From IMG/VR virus record IMGVR_UViG_3300047510_001256, positions 80,688 to 144,687 of that record: a stretch of 64,000 nucleotides of DNA. One strand, written 5' to 3'. Under the pieces are notes generated by a model. That model was not told the origin of the DNA. It did no database searches and worked only from the letters and a program-made list of their open reading frames with translations. How positions within the stretch are numbered: position 1 is the first letter of the stretch; each line of letters starts with the position of its first letter. Shown piece after piece: positions 1 to 10,698 of this stretch. The translations under genes were made by a program, and so were the position numbers. The stretch is from a virus.

Positions 1-2205
1 AGCATCTCCAGATGCACGAACACCAAAAGTATATCCACTAATTCTACCGGGTTGATATCTAAATGCTTTTCTTGATATTAAAAAAGCTCTAGATACAGAT
101 GCTGGTCCTGCTCCAGGCAAAGAATCATTGATTGGGGATATTGTTAATCCGATTCCAAAATCAATTCCTATAATATACTTAACAATATCAGGTAAATTTT
201 CTACGTCATTGGGAGTCAGTAATCCTTGACCTGGAATAGTTAATTGTAATCTATTTAATTTTTTCCAAGATGTTTCTAACGTATCGCACTGATTACATAA
301 ATCTCCAAAAGTATTATATGCTTGATTCAAGGGGAAAACTAAATTCCTAAACATCAATCCTGGAGACTTGAACTGCATGTCACCATTAATATTAACCGTC
401 GATTTACTAGTTTCGCCAATTACAGTGAAGTAAGTATCATTAGTAGTTCCCGGACGATTTTTCCATTCCGTCCATAAAAATCCAACATCTTCATTAAAAT
501 GTATAGTTCCATCAAATAAACTATATGTTCTTAATGTTCCTATCGGTTCAACTCCCGGTTTTGGAACTCCATCTACAGTATCACCAATGTAATAAATGTT
601 TTCCCCTGCTAAAAATGGACTGATCAGAGCTTCATTATTATCATAGTATGGGAATTGTTTGTTTGTTATTCTAGGATCATCCCCTAAAACATATTCCAAG
701 TCTGTAGAAGCAAAACTTGCAACGTAAGGAAAGAAGTTTAATGCATACCCAGTATCAGTTAATCCTGAAGTCGCTGCGCCATCTCCTCTTGCTGGAGATG
801 GTGATGTTGGTTTAAAATAATCATAAAGTAACATTCCTAACTTAATGAAGTTACAAAATTTCTTATGACTTGTACTAGTTACTGATGTTGTTGAGGATGG
901 ACCTGGAGGATAAGAATAGGAATAAGACTGTGGATATGATCCAATAATAATTGCAGATTCCTCTTTTCCTTCTATGTAAGTGCTTCTATAGTGCTTTCCG
1001 TATTCTCTGTTTCTTCTAGTAACCCATTCAAAGGGACTATTTTCAGATGGATCTGTGCTATAAAAAAGAAAATCATCATTGTCCAATCCATAAGTAGAAA
1101 CATTAGAAAATAATCCTAACTGTGTTTCTGCTTTAGGAATTCCAAGAATACTAGAACTAACTTCACTGAATAAAGGAAACTGTTCTTCTATAGGTAAAAC
1201 TGGATCAACTTGTCTAGTGTCTCTACGATAAATTGCACCAACGCCAGAGAATTTTCCAACACCTACACTAACCAATGGTTTTTGATTTGTTACGGCAAGT
1301 GATAAAAATACAGTAGAATCATCTTGAACAGAAGAAACAGATCTAAGTTCATTTGCTGGCACTGTGCTAGCAATAATATTAATTTGTGCGGGGGTGCTTC
1401 CAGAAGCAGTTCCTGTATTTAAAGTTACCGTTCCAGTAACGTATCCTTTACCACCTTGAATGATAGTATAGGAAGCTATTTGACCATTACCAACACTATC
1501 AACTCTAATTACTAATCCATCACCAGTAGCGGCTTTTACTATATCACCTTGATTATAAGAATTACCAGCAGAAACTATTGCGGGAACACCTTTACCAGTA
1601 ACAACCCCAACTAGTTCACCAGTAGGAAGAACTAATTTATTTTTTATTTGCAATTCCGATGTGAATTTAGTTCCTTCTCCGGAAACTAACGTTCCAACTC
1701 CAGTAATTCTAGCAACAGCATTGTTTAATGGTTGTCCGGATGGGGATGGAATTGTGAATTGTGTTCCTGCTACATAATTACTTCCACTTGATCCGGTTTT
1801 CGGAATGATACTACTTAAAGATCCGGTTAGAGAATCTACAATATAAGTAACAACTCCGTTTCCATCGCCATCAGAAGAGAGAACAAAATCCCCACCATTA
1901 ACAAATCCCCCACCAGGATTTATAACTTCTATAGAAAGTATGCTATCATTTAATATAAAGAAATTTTTTCCAGTTAATCTATAATCAATTTGTTTGAAAG
2001 TTTTACCCTCATCAGTAAAAACAATTGATGTTGCTTTGGAAGATACTGCTTCAGATGATAAAGTTATATTTTGTTCTGATACAAGAATTGTTCCGCCAGA
2101 GTCTGTTAAAACTTGTCCTGTTTGTAAATTATAAAGTGGTTGATTACTGGGCACAACCGGAGCTGGTTGCTTGTCGTGCCCTATTCTAATATCTAATCCA
2201 GACAT
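1..2205 (-). CDS. Large virion structural protein, partial (3' end runs off the window); paralog of the adjacent 1277-aa protein
   Basis: Not in the ORF track. Manual translation from ATG 2205 (MSGLDIRIGHDKQPAPV...) appears open to position 1. Shares PIEEQ..SEV..S.LGIP..E..LG.F..V.TY and FRYQPGR motifs with 2209..6042. Confidence 0.8.
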   Translation of the reverse strand, partial: MSGLDIRIGHDKQPAPVVPSNQPLYNLQTGQVLTDSGGTILVSEQNITLSSEAVSSKATSIVFTDEGKTFKQIDYRLTGKNFFILNDSILSIEVINPGGGFVNGGDFVLSSDGDGNGVVTYIVDSLTGSLSSIIPKTGSSGSNYVAGTQFTIPSPSGQPLNNAVARITGVGTLVSGEGTKFTSELQIKNKLVLPTGELVGVVTGKGVPAIVSAGNSYNQGDIVKAATGDGLVIRVDSVGNGQIASYTIIQGGKGYVTGTVTLNTGTASGSTPAQINIIASTVPANELRSVSSVQDDSTVFLSLAVTNQKPLVSVGVGKFSGVGAIYRRDTRQVDPVLPIEEQFPLFSEVSSSILGIPKAETQLGLFSNVSTYGLDNDDFLFYSTDPSENSPFEWVTRRNREYGKHYRSTYIEGKEESAIIIGSYPQSYSYSYPPGPSSTTSVTSTSHKKFCNFIKLGMLLYDYFKPTSPSPARGDGAATSGLTDTGYALNFFPYVASFASTDLEYVLGDDPRITNKQFPYYDNNEALISPFLAGENIYYIGDTVDGVPKPGVEPIGTLRTYSLFDGTIHFNEDVGFLWTEWKNRPGTTNDTYFTVIGETSKSTVNINGDMQFKSPGLMFRNLVFPLNQAYNTFGDLCNQCDTLETSWKKLNRLQLTIPGQGLLTPNDVENLPDIVKYIIGIDFGIGLTISPINDSLPGAGPASVSRAFLISRKAFRYQPGRISGYTFGVRASGDA

Positions 2206-2208
2206 ATA

Positions 2209-5200
2209 TCACTGTTCCTCCCAAGTAATGCTGGCGAGTATGTTCCCGCGAGCTGCGTAATTAGTTCCCTGTAAGTATGTAGACTTGGAAGAAGCACAGA
2301 TATATAATGTCTCCTGAACATCGGTTAATGGGAAAGAAAGATAATCTTTATTGTAATCGAAGTATGGAGAAAGTTGATATTCTTCTCCAGAATTTGGAGA
2401 GAAAATAGTGGTTATAGTAGTTCCAGTTCCTGGAATTGGACTTCTTTGTTCAGTATCTGTTTCGATAGCAGACAATCTTGCCAATGTAGAGGTTGGGAAT
2501 GGTTGAGTCACACCACTCAAATCAGGATTTACTGGAGCTCCATTATCACCAGATGGTCCTCCCCATCTTCCCGCAATTAAGAATTTTCCTCTGATGATAA
2601 TCTCATCAATTGTTACTTCATATGCAGAAAAATAATACTTACCAGTATCTGAAGATCTATCCAAAATTCCTAGTGTAGTGAATGCCTGACCAGAAGTATC
2701 TCCTAGAACAGTATATCTAAACCATCCATATACTCTTTGTCCAGGTTGTAAATAATCTCCACCAGTAACTTGAATGCTTGCATCAGGAAGAAGAATTCTT
2801 TTACCTCTCTTTCCAATATTAATACCATTACTAGCACTAACTGCAAAACTACTTCCAACTCCAGGATTATCAAATGTCTGGAACGCAGGAGTTTTAATTA
2901 ATTCAACAGCTAAAGACTCAGAATCAGATGTAACACCAGTAGCGAGACGAGTTGGATAAATTTGAACTCTATTTCTCACGCCATTAATTTCAGTTCTGCA
3001 CTTAATTCCAACTAGTGGTTGAGGTCTTCTAACAACAAGACTGATACTGCCAGAAGTTGCATTGATAGTCCTAGTCAAATAAAGTTTTTTATTTACTGGA
3101 TCCACAAACGATACTCTAACATCTTGATCTGTTGGATTTGTGGTGATGACTTTTGCATTCATATAATAATCACTAATTGGAGGTCTGTTGGCAGAAGAAC
3201 CATTTCCAAAAAATTCAGTAGCACTTCCGTTAAATTGTAAATAAGGAGCATTTACATATCCAGATCCAGGAGTATTATCCTGACCATTCCCTGCAAATGT
3301 ATGCATTGCCCCTGCACCACTATGATTAATCTCATCGAATACGTATCTAGATCCGCCAATCTCCTTAAGAGTTTCCGAAGCATATGAGAATAGTCTTACA
3401 GTTCCTCTATCTCCACCATCAATATAGTATGAAGCACCATACTTGGTTAACTGCTCTGATGTAGATCCATACCCAGACTCACTATTAAGTCTACGATCTG
3501 CATTTAAATATCCATAAGCATTCTCATTGCCGCCTCCGTAACACATATATGTGATTGGAAGAGTAGCGTTACCAAGTGAAGCAACCTTCAACTGGTTAGA
3601 TGCTCTAAGGTGATGAACTCTCACCCATCTTGCTTCATTATTTTCTACTGGAACATAGGCTAAGAATGTTGCACCAACAGCACCATACCAGGAGAATTCA
3701 ATCTTATACATGGTTACTTTTGTTGGATCTAATTCCCAAATACTATTATAAGTTATTTGTTCATTTGTTGTTGGATCTAATACATCAGATCCAGCTTTAT
3801 TTGATAGAACATTATCACTGTAAACGACTTTAGTTGTTGTTCCGTTTAATTTTTCCTGACTCATTCTGGAGCGAGGAACTCTATACTCATAAACTTTATA
3901 ATACTTAGGATCCACATTGAACCAAACCCAGTTCTTGTAAAGTCTCTTATTTACATAATTAATTTGTCCTTTAATATCGTCAGTATTATTGAAAACAGAA
4001 TCTATGTATCCAACAGAATTTGTTGCTGCTGACTGAGCAGGAGGATAAACGTATGGGAAAGCACCATCCACATATTGTTCTGGGAATCCTTCCTGTCCTG
4101 GTCTAGTTTCATCACTATATTGACGACCAGCATAGGTTCTTTCATCAGATGGAAGAACAAATACGGTTGGAGTTCTTAATGATAATCCAAGATTTACTAT
4201 CGTAGAATTCTCTCCAGATTCAGAACCAATCGCAGTTCCTAAAGAAACATCAGAACCATTCTGTCTAACTGCATCAAGATCAAAAACTTCAATATCTCCA
4301 TATGCTTTCGTGGAATCACTTGCCCATGGATTTGTTGTGTTTCCTGATCCATAAATCTCTTCATTTCCTGGATATCTAGAAAATCTTATATACTGATAAA
4401 TGTTTTGTGATCCACTTACTGTCTCAACTCTTTGCTTTATGTCAAGTTGTCCAGTTGTGAATTCAGAAACATACCAAATACTGCCATCTTTAACAAGAGC
4501 AGAGGATCCAGTATCTCTCAAATCTACATTAACTCCATTTGTTTCAAAAGTAAATCCCTGACCAATTTGTAATAACTCTGCTCCTGCAGGAACTTTTACT
4601 TTTAAATATTTGGATGTATTGCCATCAATAAGATTGACAATTTCATAGTTAACTCTTGCTTTTAATAAAGAAGGATCAAATGCTGCTGCATGAACCATCA
4701 CTAATCCATCTCTAAGAAGAGTTAACTCTCCAGCCGAAGATCCAGTTGGACTTGTTGGGATAGAAGAATAGTTAAAATCTGTATCAAATTTACCGAGAGC
4801 TCTCAGTAAAATATTGTTTAAAAGATTGTCTACTGCGGAAGATGCTCCCGATTCTATAACACCAATACCAGTCGAAGGTATACCTAATGTAGTTCTAGAA
4901 ACATAAGTGACACTTCCTATATCACCACCACGACTGATTGTAAGTGGCGTAGTTGTTCTTGTTGTATTTGGAGCATTTCCAGCAAAAATATCCTTAATGG
5001 CATCAAGGATAACATCATATCTTGCTATCTCATCATTTGCTGTTTTAGATCCAATTCCACTTTGGACATATAATGAAACAGTTCCAGGAACATTTGTATT
5101 AAAAAATCTTAATGTATTATAAACAGTAGAAGCATTTCCACCATACTTCAAATCATGTAGAATACCTTCAATAATAAGTCCAGAGTCCTTTCTACATTTT

Positions 5201-6042
5201 GGAGCATCTCCTGCTAAAGTTATACTTGTAGCAGCAAGTTCTTGTAAATATGGTTTGTTAGCCTCAAGTAATCTATACGCAACTGGATATGTTGGACTGG
5301 AAGTTTGGATTTGAGGAATACCAGTCCAAGCATAATCTTGATCTTGTGCCCCAGAAACAGATCCAAATGGAAGAGGATTGTCACGAATAATTGATTGTGT
5401 TCTTCTTACAACAGTAAAATTATCGCCACGACCATCGTTTCTTGATTCAAAGTAATACCCATCAAATTTATCAAAGATGCCATACTTTTTAATTGCTGGA
5501 TTCTTAATTGCAACTCCAGTAGTAGCATTATCAGTAACAGTATATGGTGCTCTAGTTAGTTTAACACCAAAGGTAGCTGCAGAAACACGGCCTGGTTGAT
5601 ACCTAAAGAAACGCTTTGAAGTTAGAATAGTGTATTCATCTGATGGTGCCTCAATCATAGCACCAGCTTCTTCTGCAATGTGAGTTAAACCCCAATCAGC
5701 ATCTCCAATTAATCCCGCATACTTTGGTCTGAGAGTGACTCCATCACTTTGAAAAATTTCTGCAGAAGTAAATTGCTCTGGGAACTGAGACCATTCTGTT
5801 GGGTTAACATCATATGTATTAACATCTGCGAATATACCTAAAGCAACTTCAGATCTAGGAATACCTAAGAGTGACAGAGCAACCTCAGACTGTTGCTTAT
5901 TTTGTTCTTCAACCGGAATGGCAGTTTGATCGCTTGCAACAACAACTGGCACAGAATTTGCTGATGTCTGTTGACCAGGAGGAACTGGAGCAGTTCTTCC
6001 AACTACAACAACAGCGGCATTATTATTTACACCTGTAGCCAT
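2209..6042 (-). CDS. Large virion structural protein (tail/baseplate-associated, cyanomyovirus type)
   Basis: 1277-aa G/S/T/N-rich ORF preceded by a TATAAATA late promoter (6080-6087). Confidence 0.7.
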   Translation of the reverse strand: MATGVNNNAAVVVVGRTAPVPPGQQTSANSVPVVVASDQTAIPVEEQNKQQSEVALSLLGIPRSEVALGIFADVNTYDVNPTEWSQFPEQFTSAEIFQSDGVTLRPKYAGLIGDADWGLTHIAEEAGAMIEAPSDEYTILTSKRFFRYQPGRVSAATFGVKLTRAPYTVTDNATTGVAIKNPAIKKYGIFDKFDGYYFESRNDGRGDNFTVVRRTQSIIRDNPLPFGSVSGAQDQDYAWTGIPQIQTSSPTYPVAYRLLEANKPYLQELAATSITLAGDAPKCRKDSGLIIEGILHDLKYGGNASTVYNTLRFFNTNVPGTVSLYVQSGIGSKTANDEIARYDVILDAIKDIFAGNAPNTTRTTTPLTISRGGDIGSVTYVSRTTLGIPSTGIGVIESGASSAVDNLLNNILLRALGKFDTDFNYSSIPTSPTGSSAGELTLLRDGLVMVHAAAFDPSLLKARVNYEIVNLIDGNTSKYLKVKVPAGAELLQIGQGFTFETNGVNVDLRDTGSSALVKDGSIWYVSEFTTGQLDIKQRVETVSGSQNIYQYIRFSRYPGNEEIYGSGNTTNPWASDSTKAYGDIEVFDLDAVRQNGSDVSLGTAIGSESGENSTIVNLGLSLRTPTVFVLPSDERTYAGRQYSDETRPGQEGFPEQYVDGAFPYVYPPAQSAATNSVGYIDSVFNNTDDIKGQINYVNKRLYKNWVWFNVDPKYYKVYEYRVPRSRMSQEKLNGTTTKVVYSDNVLSNKAGSDVLDPTTNEQITYNSIWELDPTKVTMYKIEFSWYGAVGATFLAYVPVENNEARWVRVHHLRASNQLKVASLGNATLPITYMCYGGGNENAYGYLNADRRLNSESGYGSTSEQLTKYGASYYIDGGDRGTVRLFSYASETLKEIGGSRYVFDEINHSGAGAMHTFAGNGQDNTPGSGYVNAPYLQFNGSATEFFGNGSSANRPPISDYYMNAKVITTNPTDQDVRVSFVDPVNKKLYLTRTINATSGSISLVVRRPQPLVGIKCRTEINGVRNRVQIYPTRLATGVTSDSESLAVELIKTPAFQTFDNPGVGSSFAVSASNGINIGKRGKRILLPDASIQVTGGDYLQPGQRVYGWFRYTVLGDTSGQAFTTLGILDRSSDTGKYYFSAYEVTIDEIIIRGKFLIAGRWGGPSGDNGAPVNPDLSGVTQPFPTSTLARLSAIETDTEQRSPIPGTGTTITTIFSPNSGEEYQLSPYFDYNKDYLSFPLTDVQETLYICASSKSTYLQGTNYAARGNILASITWEEQ

Positions 6043-6079
6043 GGTTATTCCTCGATGGTGATTACTAGTTCTCTTCTGT

Positions 6080-6087
6080 TATTTATA
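6080..6087 (-). promoter_or_regulatory. T4-type late promoter TATAAATA
   Basis: Exact consensus about 40 nt upstream of a structural gene. Confidence 0.75.
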
Positions 6088-6088
6088 A

Positions 6089-9000
6089 TTAGAAACTAAT
6101 ACCAACTATACCTTTTGCGATAGTAAATGTGTTTCTAATAGAGGCATATCCATTGACTGCATTAGTTCCGACAGTGGTTAAAGTGCCAGTGGCAGCTCCA
6201 ATAACACCCAATGAATCTTCGGATCTTGCCGAAAGAGTTAGCACATAAGTTGGTCCTGTAGTGACCGCCTTAGTAATGACTTCCCATATTAGAGTTCCAG
6301 TTGCTGTAACATTTGGATTGTAGGTGTGTGAACTGGATATTTTAATATAAGATCCTTGTGATACTGCATCATATAAAACTTTAGATACAGTTAATTTATA
6401 ATTACCCGACTGAACTTCTCCAGAAATAATTGTAAAATTGACATCAGATCCAACATCAACATATCTGATACCAAATGCTCGGTATACATTATACTGATTT
6501 GGACCGGGAGGATTAGAAGCAATAATTGCATTTGCTCCCGCCTGACCGATATTAAATAAAACTTGACCAATAGTAGGGTCAGTAGTTGCCAATTGACCAT
6601 TAATAATTCCAGAAGGTTGATACTGAATTACATCAACTCCATTCAATAATATAGGACTCAGGAAGTTAATAGTTTCTACACCTCCAGAAACAGAAACTGG
6701 TAACACTTGTGCTCTGATATTTACATTTGAAAGATCTACTCCAGAACCATTTTCAATATATTGTAATACTGGAGTGAAATTATCAGAAGCACCTTGTTGA
6801 ACAATTAAATTGACGCCATTAAAATCGCTATCATAACTATCAGGAACAGGAATCCATTCGTCGGCAGGACCAAGAATCAAGTTGTTTAATACGTCAGTTT
6901 TACTTGCTCCATAAATTCTTAATCCGGTTCCACAATTTCTGATTGTGCATCCATTAACAGCGAGTACATTTGTCGAGTTGAGAATTACTGGTCCAGGGAA
7001 ATCTCGGAATACACAGCTAGATATGATAGTTGTATCTCCTTCATCAGCAACAATACAAGGAGTTGCAAATCTTTCAACATCAGCACCATTGTAGAATACA
7101 CAACTATCAATTGATAAGTTTTCGGATCCTCCTGCAACTAAAGCAGGACCAGCAGATTGTCTAATTTTAACATTAGTCATCCTAAAGAACTTACTATTAA
7201 TTGCATTAATTACTGCATCATTAGTTTGCGTTTCTGTTCCAGTATCAAAGTTTGACAATGGACCAAGAACTTGGAATTTAGCAGATCCATCAAATACAAT
7301 GTCTCCAAGAGAGCAATCTAGAGCACCTTCTGTGCCAACGTCAGAACCATCAAAATTAATAGATTTAAGCATATTACCACGCTGTCCATCAGCTGATGAA
7401 CTAGTATCGGTAATTCCCTCAGTATTCCAATATTGTCTATGTAATATAGTAGCATCTGCTAACCCTCTTAGAGTAAATCTATCTGGGATTACTAATTGTC
7501 TAATTAAATATGTTCCTCCAGGAATAACTAGGAAATCTCTTCCATTAAACTTAGCAGAATTGATTGCATTTTGTAATGGTTTAGTATCATCATGATACAT
7601 GTAAACACTTTCTGTTCCGATGTTATTATAAAGAGTTACAACATTTTCATCCGGATCAGAAAGTGGTTCTTCCGACCATATAGCACCTCTTAAAGTTACT
7701 TGATTTGTTGCCAGATTTATATTTAAAATATCCGAAGAAACAAATCCATGTCTATGCTGCCCTGGATAGTTTGGTGAATGTGGAATATGGATTTCGTCTT
7801 CTCTAGGATTTGATGGGTTACTTCCAAATGAACCATCATCACCTCTTAAACTATTTGTTGTTACGTCATAACTACCGTAATCCTGATACTGGACGTTGTT
7901 TCCACCAGAAAAATACTTTGCACCAACAACCGCAATCAATTTAAAATTATCTCTATTCAATCCGCCAATAAGATCTGTTCTTGCATTAAGTGCTGGTTGA
8001 AGATCAGATCCTGGGTCAGCAGCTGCAAATCTATATACCAAAACAGATTGGCGAGAATTTTGTCTCTGTAGTGCGATCGTGTTGTAATTTTCTTCGTTTA
8101 AATTATCTGGACTATTGTTAAATACAATTTGATTAGTTGATGGAACGGCACATCCAGAGACATCTCCAGTCTCAGTATCAAATACAGCTGTAACATACAC
8201 ATAGCACCAACGATTGCCGGTTGGTAGAGGATTAGATGCAACGGTTGATTGTGGAGCAGGAACAGTTCCAAATTTAGTCGAGAGATTTTGTGTGCTGCTT
8301 ACACCATAAATTTTAACGTTATGATTTGGTTTAAATTTACTGGCGTCTGGAACTGTAACAACAACTCTAGACAATCCACTGATATTTACGCTTGTAATTG
8401 CGCTGACATTATATCTATTTGGATCACCACTTGCTCCAAATTCTTCCGGAGCACCAAAGTCGGTTTCCGAAGGCAATAGCATATTATTATAGTTTACACC
8501 ATCATTTGTAAACTGCCATCTACCATCTGACTCACTCCATCTTAATGCTGTATCTAAAAGTGATCCTCGGTTTACTTGAATTACAGCATCATCATCACCA
8601 AGACCAGATGGAATTTCGCTATCTGGTAAATCGGAATTCAATCTAATTAAATTAGTTCCAACAAATAGATCAGACAATCCAATTTTAGAACCATTAACAT
8701 TAAGAGATCCTTCAATTACTAGGTCTCCTGTAAATGTGGATTGTCTCTTAGATTCTGATACATTTACAACAAAAGATGCGTTAGTATTTGCTCCCTGAAC
8801 AATTGTTACAACATCACCATTCTTATAATTTCCATTACCCTGATTATTAATTGTTACACTACTAACTTGACCAGAATTTGTTGTAATATTAACGGTTAAT
8901 CCAGATCCATTTGGTGATGTTGTTGATACAGCAGTTCCATTTGTATAACCAGATCCAGGAACTAAACTGTTTACCGCAACACTCTTTCCTTGATATGTTG

Positions 9001-10336
9001 CATTAGGAACATTGGATGATTTAATTACAAATGATGTTGCCGTGTTTATACTTTGAACTATGTAAATTCCATCTAGATGCGGATTACTAGTGTTGAAAAT
9101 TTTAACCCTATCACCAGCAAGATATTCATGCCCTGTTGCATTTACAGTAGCATTTCTAGTTCCATCGGGATTAACGGTAGATGAAACTACAATTGATTGA
9201 ATATTTACTAATTGATATGCAGCATTATTTACATGTAAATTTTGAATACTATCAGTTACATCTCCAGTAGTAAAGTTTGGAGATGTATTAATACCCTGAT
9301 AAATTTCAGATCCTGGAACAGCAGCAGCAACATAATCAAAAGTTCCGCTAGAAGAATTATAACTTAAACTACCAGTGGCAGTAAACAAACTGCGAATATC
9401 TTGTGTTGTGATACCTGCGTATGATAGTTGTCCTGTTCCAGTATCTAAATTGATACTACCCCAAGAATAAGCATTATCAGTTTCTGTTAAACCAGTGTTA
9501 TTTGGATTACCTCCAACTGTGCTAAATCTCTGTCTAATCTGTGAATCTGATACACCAGTAAATCTAATTTGACCAGCATTAGTTCCAGTTGCACTATAAC
9601 TTAGTGATCCATATCCAGACACATTAGAAACAGATACTGATTGTCTAATTTCTGTCTGTGTTATACCAGTATATTGAAATATTCCTGTCGATGCACTATA
9701 AGTAAGCGAACCAAATCCACCATTATTACTTGGACTTAATGCTGCACGAAAATCAGATCTCTTTGGACCAACGTATGTAAAGACTCCAGAATTATTGTAA
9801 GAGAAGGAACCGTATCCAGTTGTCTCAGGATCTCCAGTTTGATTAGCAGTATTGTTTACGCTTAGATCATTGAATTCAATGGCAGAATCAGCAGAAATAG
9901 AAAGTATATTTCCAGAATCATTATAGTTAACAGTAATACCAGTGCCACCTTGAATTAAAGCCGCTACTCTATCATCAACTCTCTCATTAGTAAAATATAA
10001 ATTAGTTCCTTCAGCAAGATCAAACGTAGTAAACTGAGAAAGATTAAACTCAGTTGCACCCTGAACTTCTAAATTTCCAGTGATAAGAACATTTTTAAAT
10101 GTTACATCAGATGTTGGAGAAATTGCTTGCGGAAGAGAAGTCCAGGATACCTGTGAACCACCATTAATGGCAGTAAGATACTGACCTGTGTTACCATCAC
10201 TTCCAGTACTATCAATGATAGATCCAGATACCTTCAGATCTTCGCCAGCTGGAATTGTTAGTCCAGTATTAGCAGTAACTTCTCTTGTTACTGCACCATC
10301 TAGCGAAGCTAAACTATTGACTTTAATAAGGGACAT
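6089..10336 (-). CDS. Tail fibre/tailspike with C-terminal right-handed beta-helix (pectate-lyase-like) domain
   Basis: 1415 aa. DLAEGTNLYFTNERVDDRV motif and GSLSYxxxTGxFxY fibre repeats; DDTKPLQNAIN...IPGGTYLI beta-helix cap followed by I.SC.F/I.NC repeats. Confidence 0.75.
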   Translation of the reverse strand: MSLIKVNSLASLDGAVTREVTANTGLTIPAGEDLKVSGSIIDSTGSDGNTGQYLTAINGGSQVSWTSLPQAISPTSDVTFKNVLITGNLEVQGATEFNLSQFTTFDLAEGTNLYFTNERVDDRVAALIQGGTGITVNYNDSGNILSISADSAIEFNDLSVNNTANQTGDPETTGYGSFSYNNSGVFTYVGPKRSDFRAALSPSNNGGFGSLTYSASTGIFQYTGITQTEIRQSVSVSNVSGYGSLSYSATGTNAGQIRFTGVSDSQIRQRFSTVGGNPNNTGLTETDNAYSWGSINLDTGTGQLSYAGITTQDIRSLFTATGSLSYNSSSGTFDYVAAAVPGSEIYQGINTSPNFTTGDVTDSIQNLHVNNAAYQLVNIQSIVVSSTVNPDGTRNATVNATGHEYLAGDRVKIFNTSNPHLDGIYIVQSINTATSFVIKSSNVPNATYQGKSVAVNSLVPGSGYTNGTAVSTTSPNGSGLTVNITTNSGQVSSVTINNQGNGNYKNGDVVTIVQGANTNASFVVNVSESKRQSTFTGDLVIEGSLNVNGSKIGLSDLFVGTNLIRLNSDLPDSEIPSGLGDDDAVIQVNRGSLLDTALRWSESDGRWQFTNDGVNYNNMLLPSETDFGAPEEFGASGDPNRYNVSAITSVNISGLSRVVVTVPDASKFKPNHNVKIYGVSSTQNLSTKFGTVPAPQSTVASNPLPTGNRWCYVYVTAVFDTETGDVSGCAVPSTNQIVFNNSPDNLNEENYNTIALQRQNSRQSVLVYRFAAADPGSDLQPALNARTDLIGGLNRDNFKLIAVVGAKYFSGGNNVQYQDYGSYDVTTNSLRGDDGSFGSNPSNPREDEIHIPHSPNYPGQHRHGFVSSDILNINLATNQVTLRGAIWSEEPLSDPDENVVTLYNNIGTESVYMYHDDTKPLQNAINSAKFNGRDFLVIPGGTYLIRQLVIPDRFTLRGLADATILHRQYWNTEGITDTSSSADGQRGNMLKSINFDGSDVGTEGALDCSLGDIVFDGSAKFQVLGPLSNFDTGTETQTNDAVINAINSKFFRMTNVKIRQSAGPALVAGGSENLSIDSCVFYNGADVERFATPCIVADEGDTTIISSCVFRDFPGPVILNSTNVLAVNGCTIRNCGTGLRIYGASKTDVLNNLILGPADEWIPVPDSYDSDFNGVNLIVQQGASDNFTPVLQYIENGSGVDLSNVNIRAQVLPVSVSGGVETINFLSPILLNGVDVIQYQPSGIINGQLATTDPTIGQVLFNIGQAGANAIIASNPPGPNQYNVYRAFGIRYVDVGSDVNFTIISGEVQSGNYKLTVSKVLYDAVSQGSYIKISSSHTYNPNVTATGTLIWEVITKAVTTGPTYVLTLSARSEDSLGVIGAATGTLTTVGTNAVNGYASIRNTFTIAKGIVGISF

Positions 10337-10367
10337 ATTCTTCCCGCAATATACTATTCCTTCTAGT

Positions 10368-10375
10368 TATTTATA
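10368..10375 (-). promoter_or_regulatory. T4-type late promoter TATAAATA
   Basis: Exact consensus upstream of the tail fibre gene. Confidence 0.75.
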
Positions 10376-10386
10376 AAGTCATTATA

Positions 10387-10457
10387 AGCGGGTGACGGGG
10401 ATCGAACCCGTGACAAGAGCTTGGAAGGCTCGCATGTTACCGCTACACCACACCCGC
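10387..10457 (-). tRNA. tRNA-Gly (TCC)
   Basis: GCGGGTG...CCTTCCAAG...GGTTCGATCCC...CACCCGC cloverleaf; no encoded CCA. Confidence 0.95.
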
Positions 10458-10473
10458 AGAAAAGTCCGAAGAC

Positions 10474-10698
10474 TTAAGTATATTTCCTGTAAGCAGGAAC
10501 ACCATCAGGATCTAACCATTTGGTGTATTCAAAATCTTCAATTGCAGTTGACATTTGAAGAGAATTATCACATAGATACATGTCTTTATATCTATTCGTG
10601 TAAGAATTCATCTTCTGAATTCTAAAGTCTGGATGACCATTATCTAGTGTACCACATTCAACATAACGATAGGGGAATCTTTCAAGTAAGATTTTCAT
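10474..10698 (-). CDS. Cyanophage-type hypothetical protein
   Basis: 74 aa (LERFPYRYVE...WLDPDGVPAY); ATGA-type overlap with the upstream ORF. Confidence 0.7.
   Translation of the reverse strand: MKILLERFPYRYVECGTLDNGHPDFRIQKMNSYTNRYKDMYLCDNSLQMSTAIEDFEYTKWLDPDGVPAYRKYT

Noticed and set aside
10392-10625. 77-aa plus-strand ORF, and the 13609 start of the 116-aa ORF
   Set aside because: Both overlap tRNA genes and are artefacts
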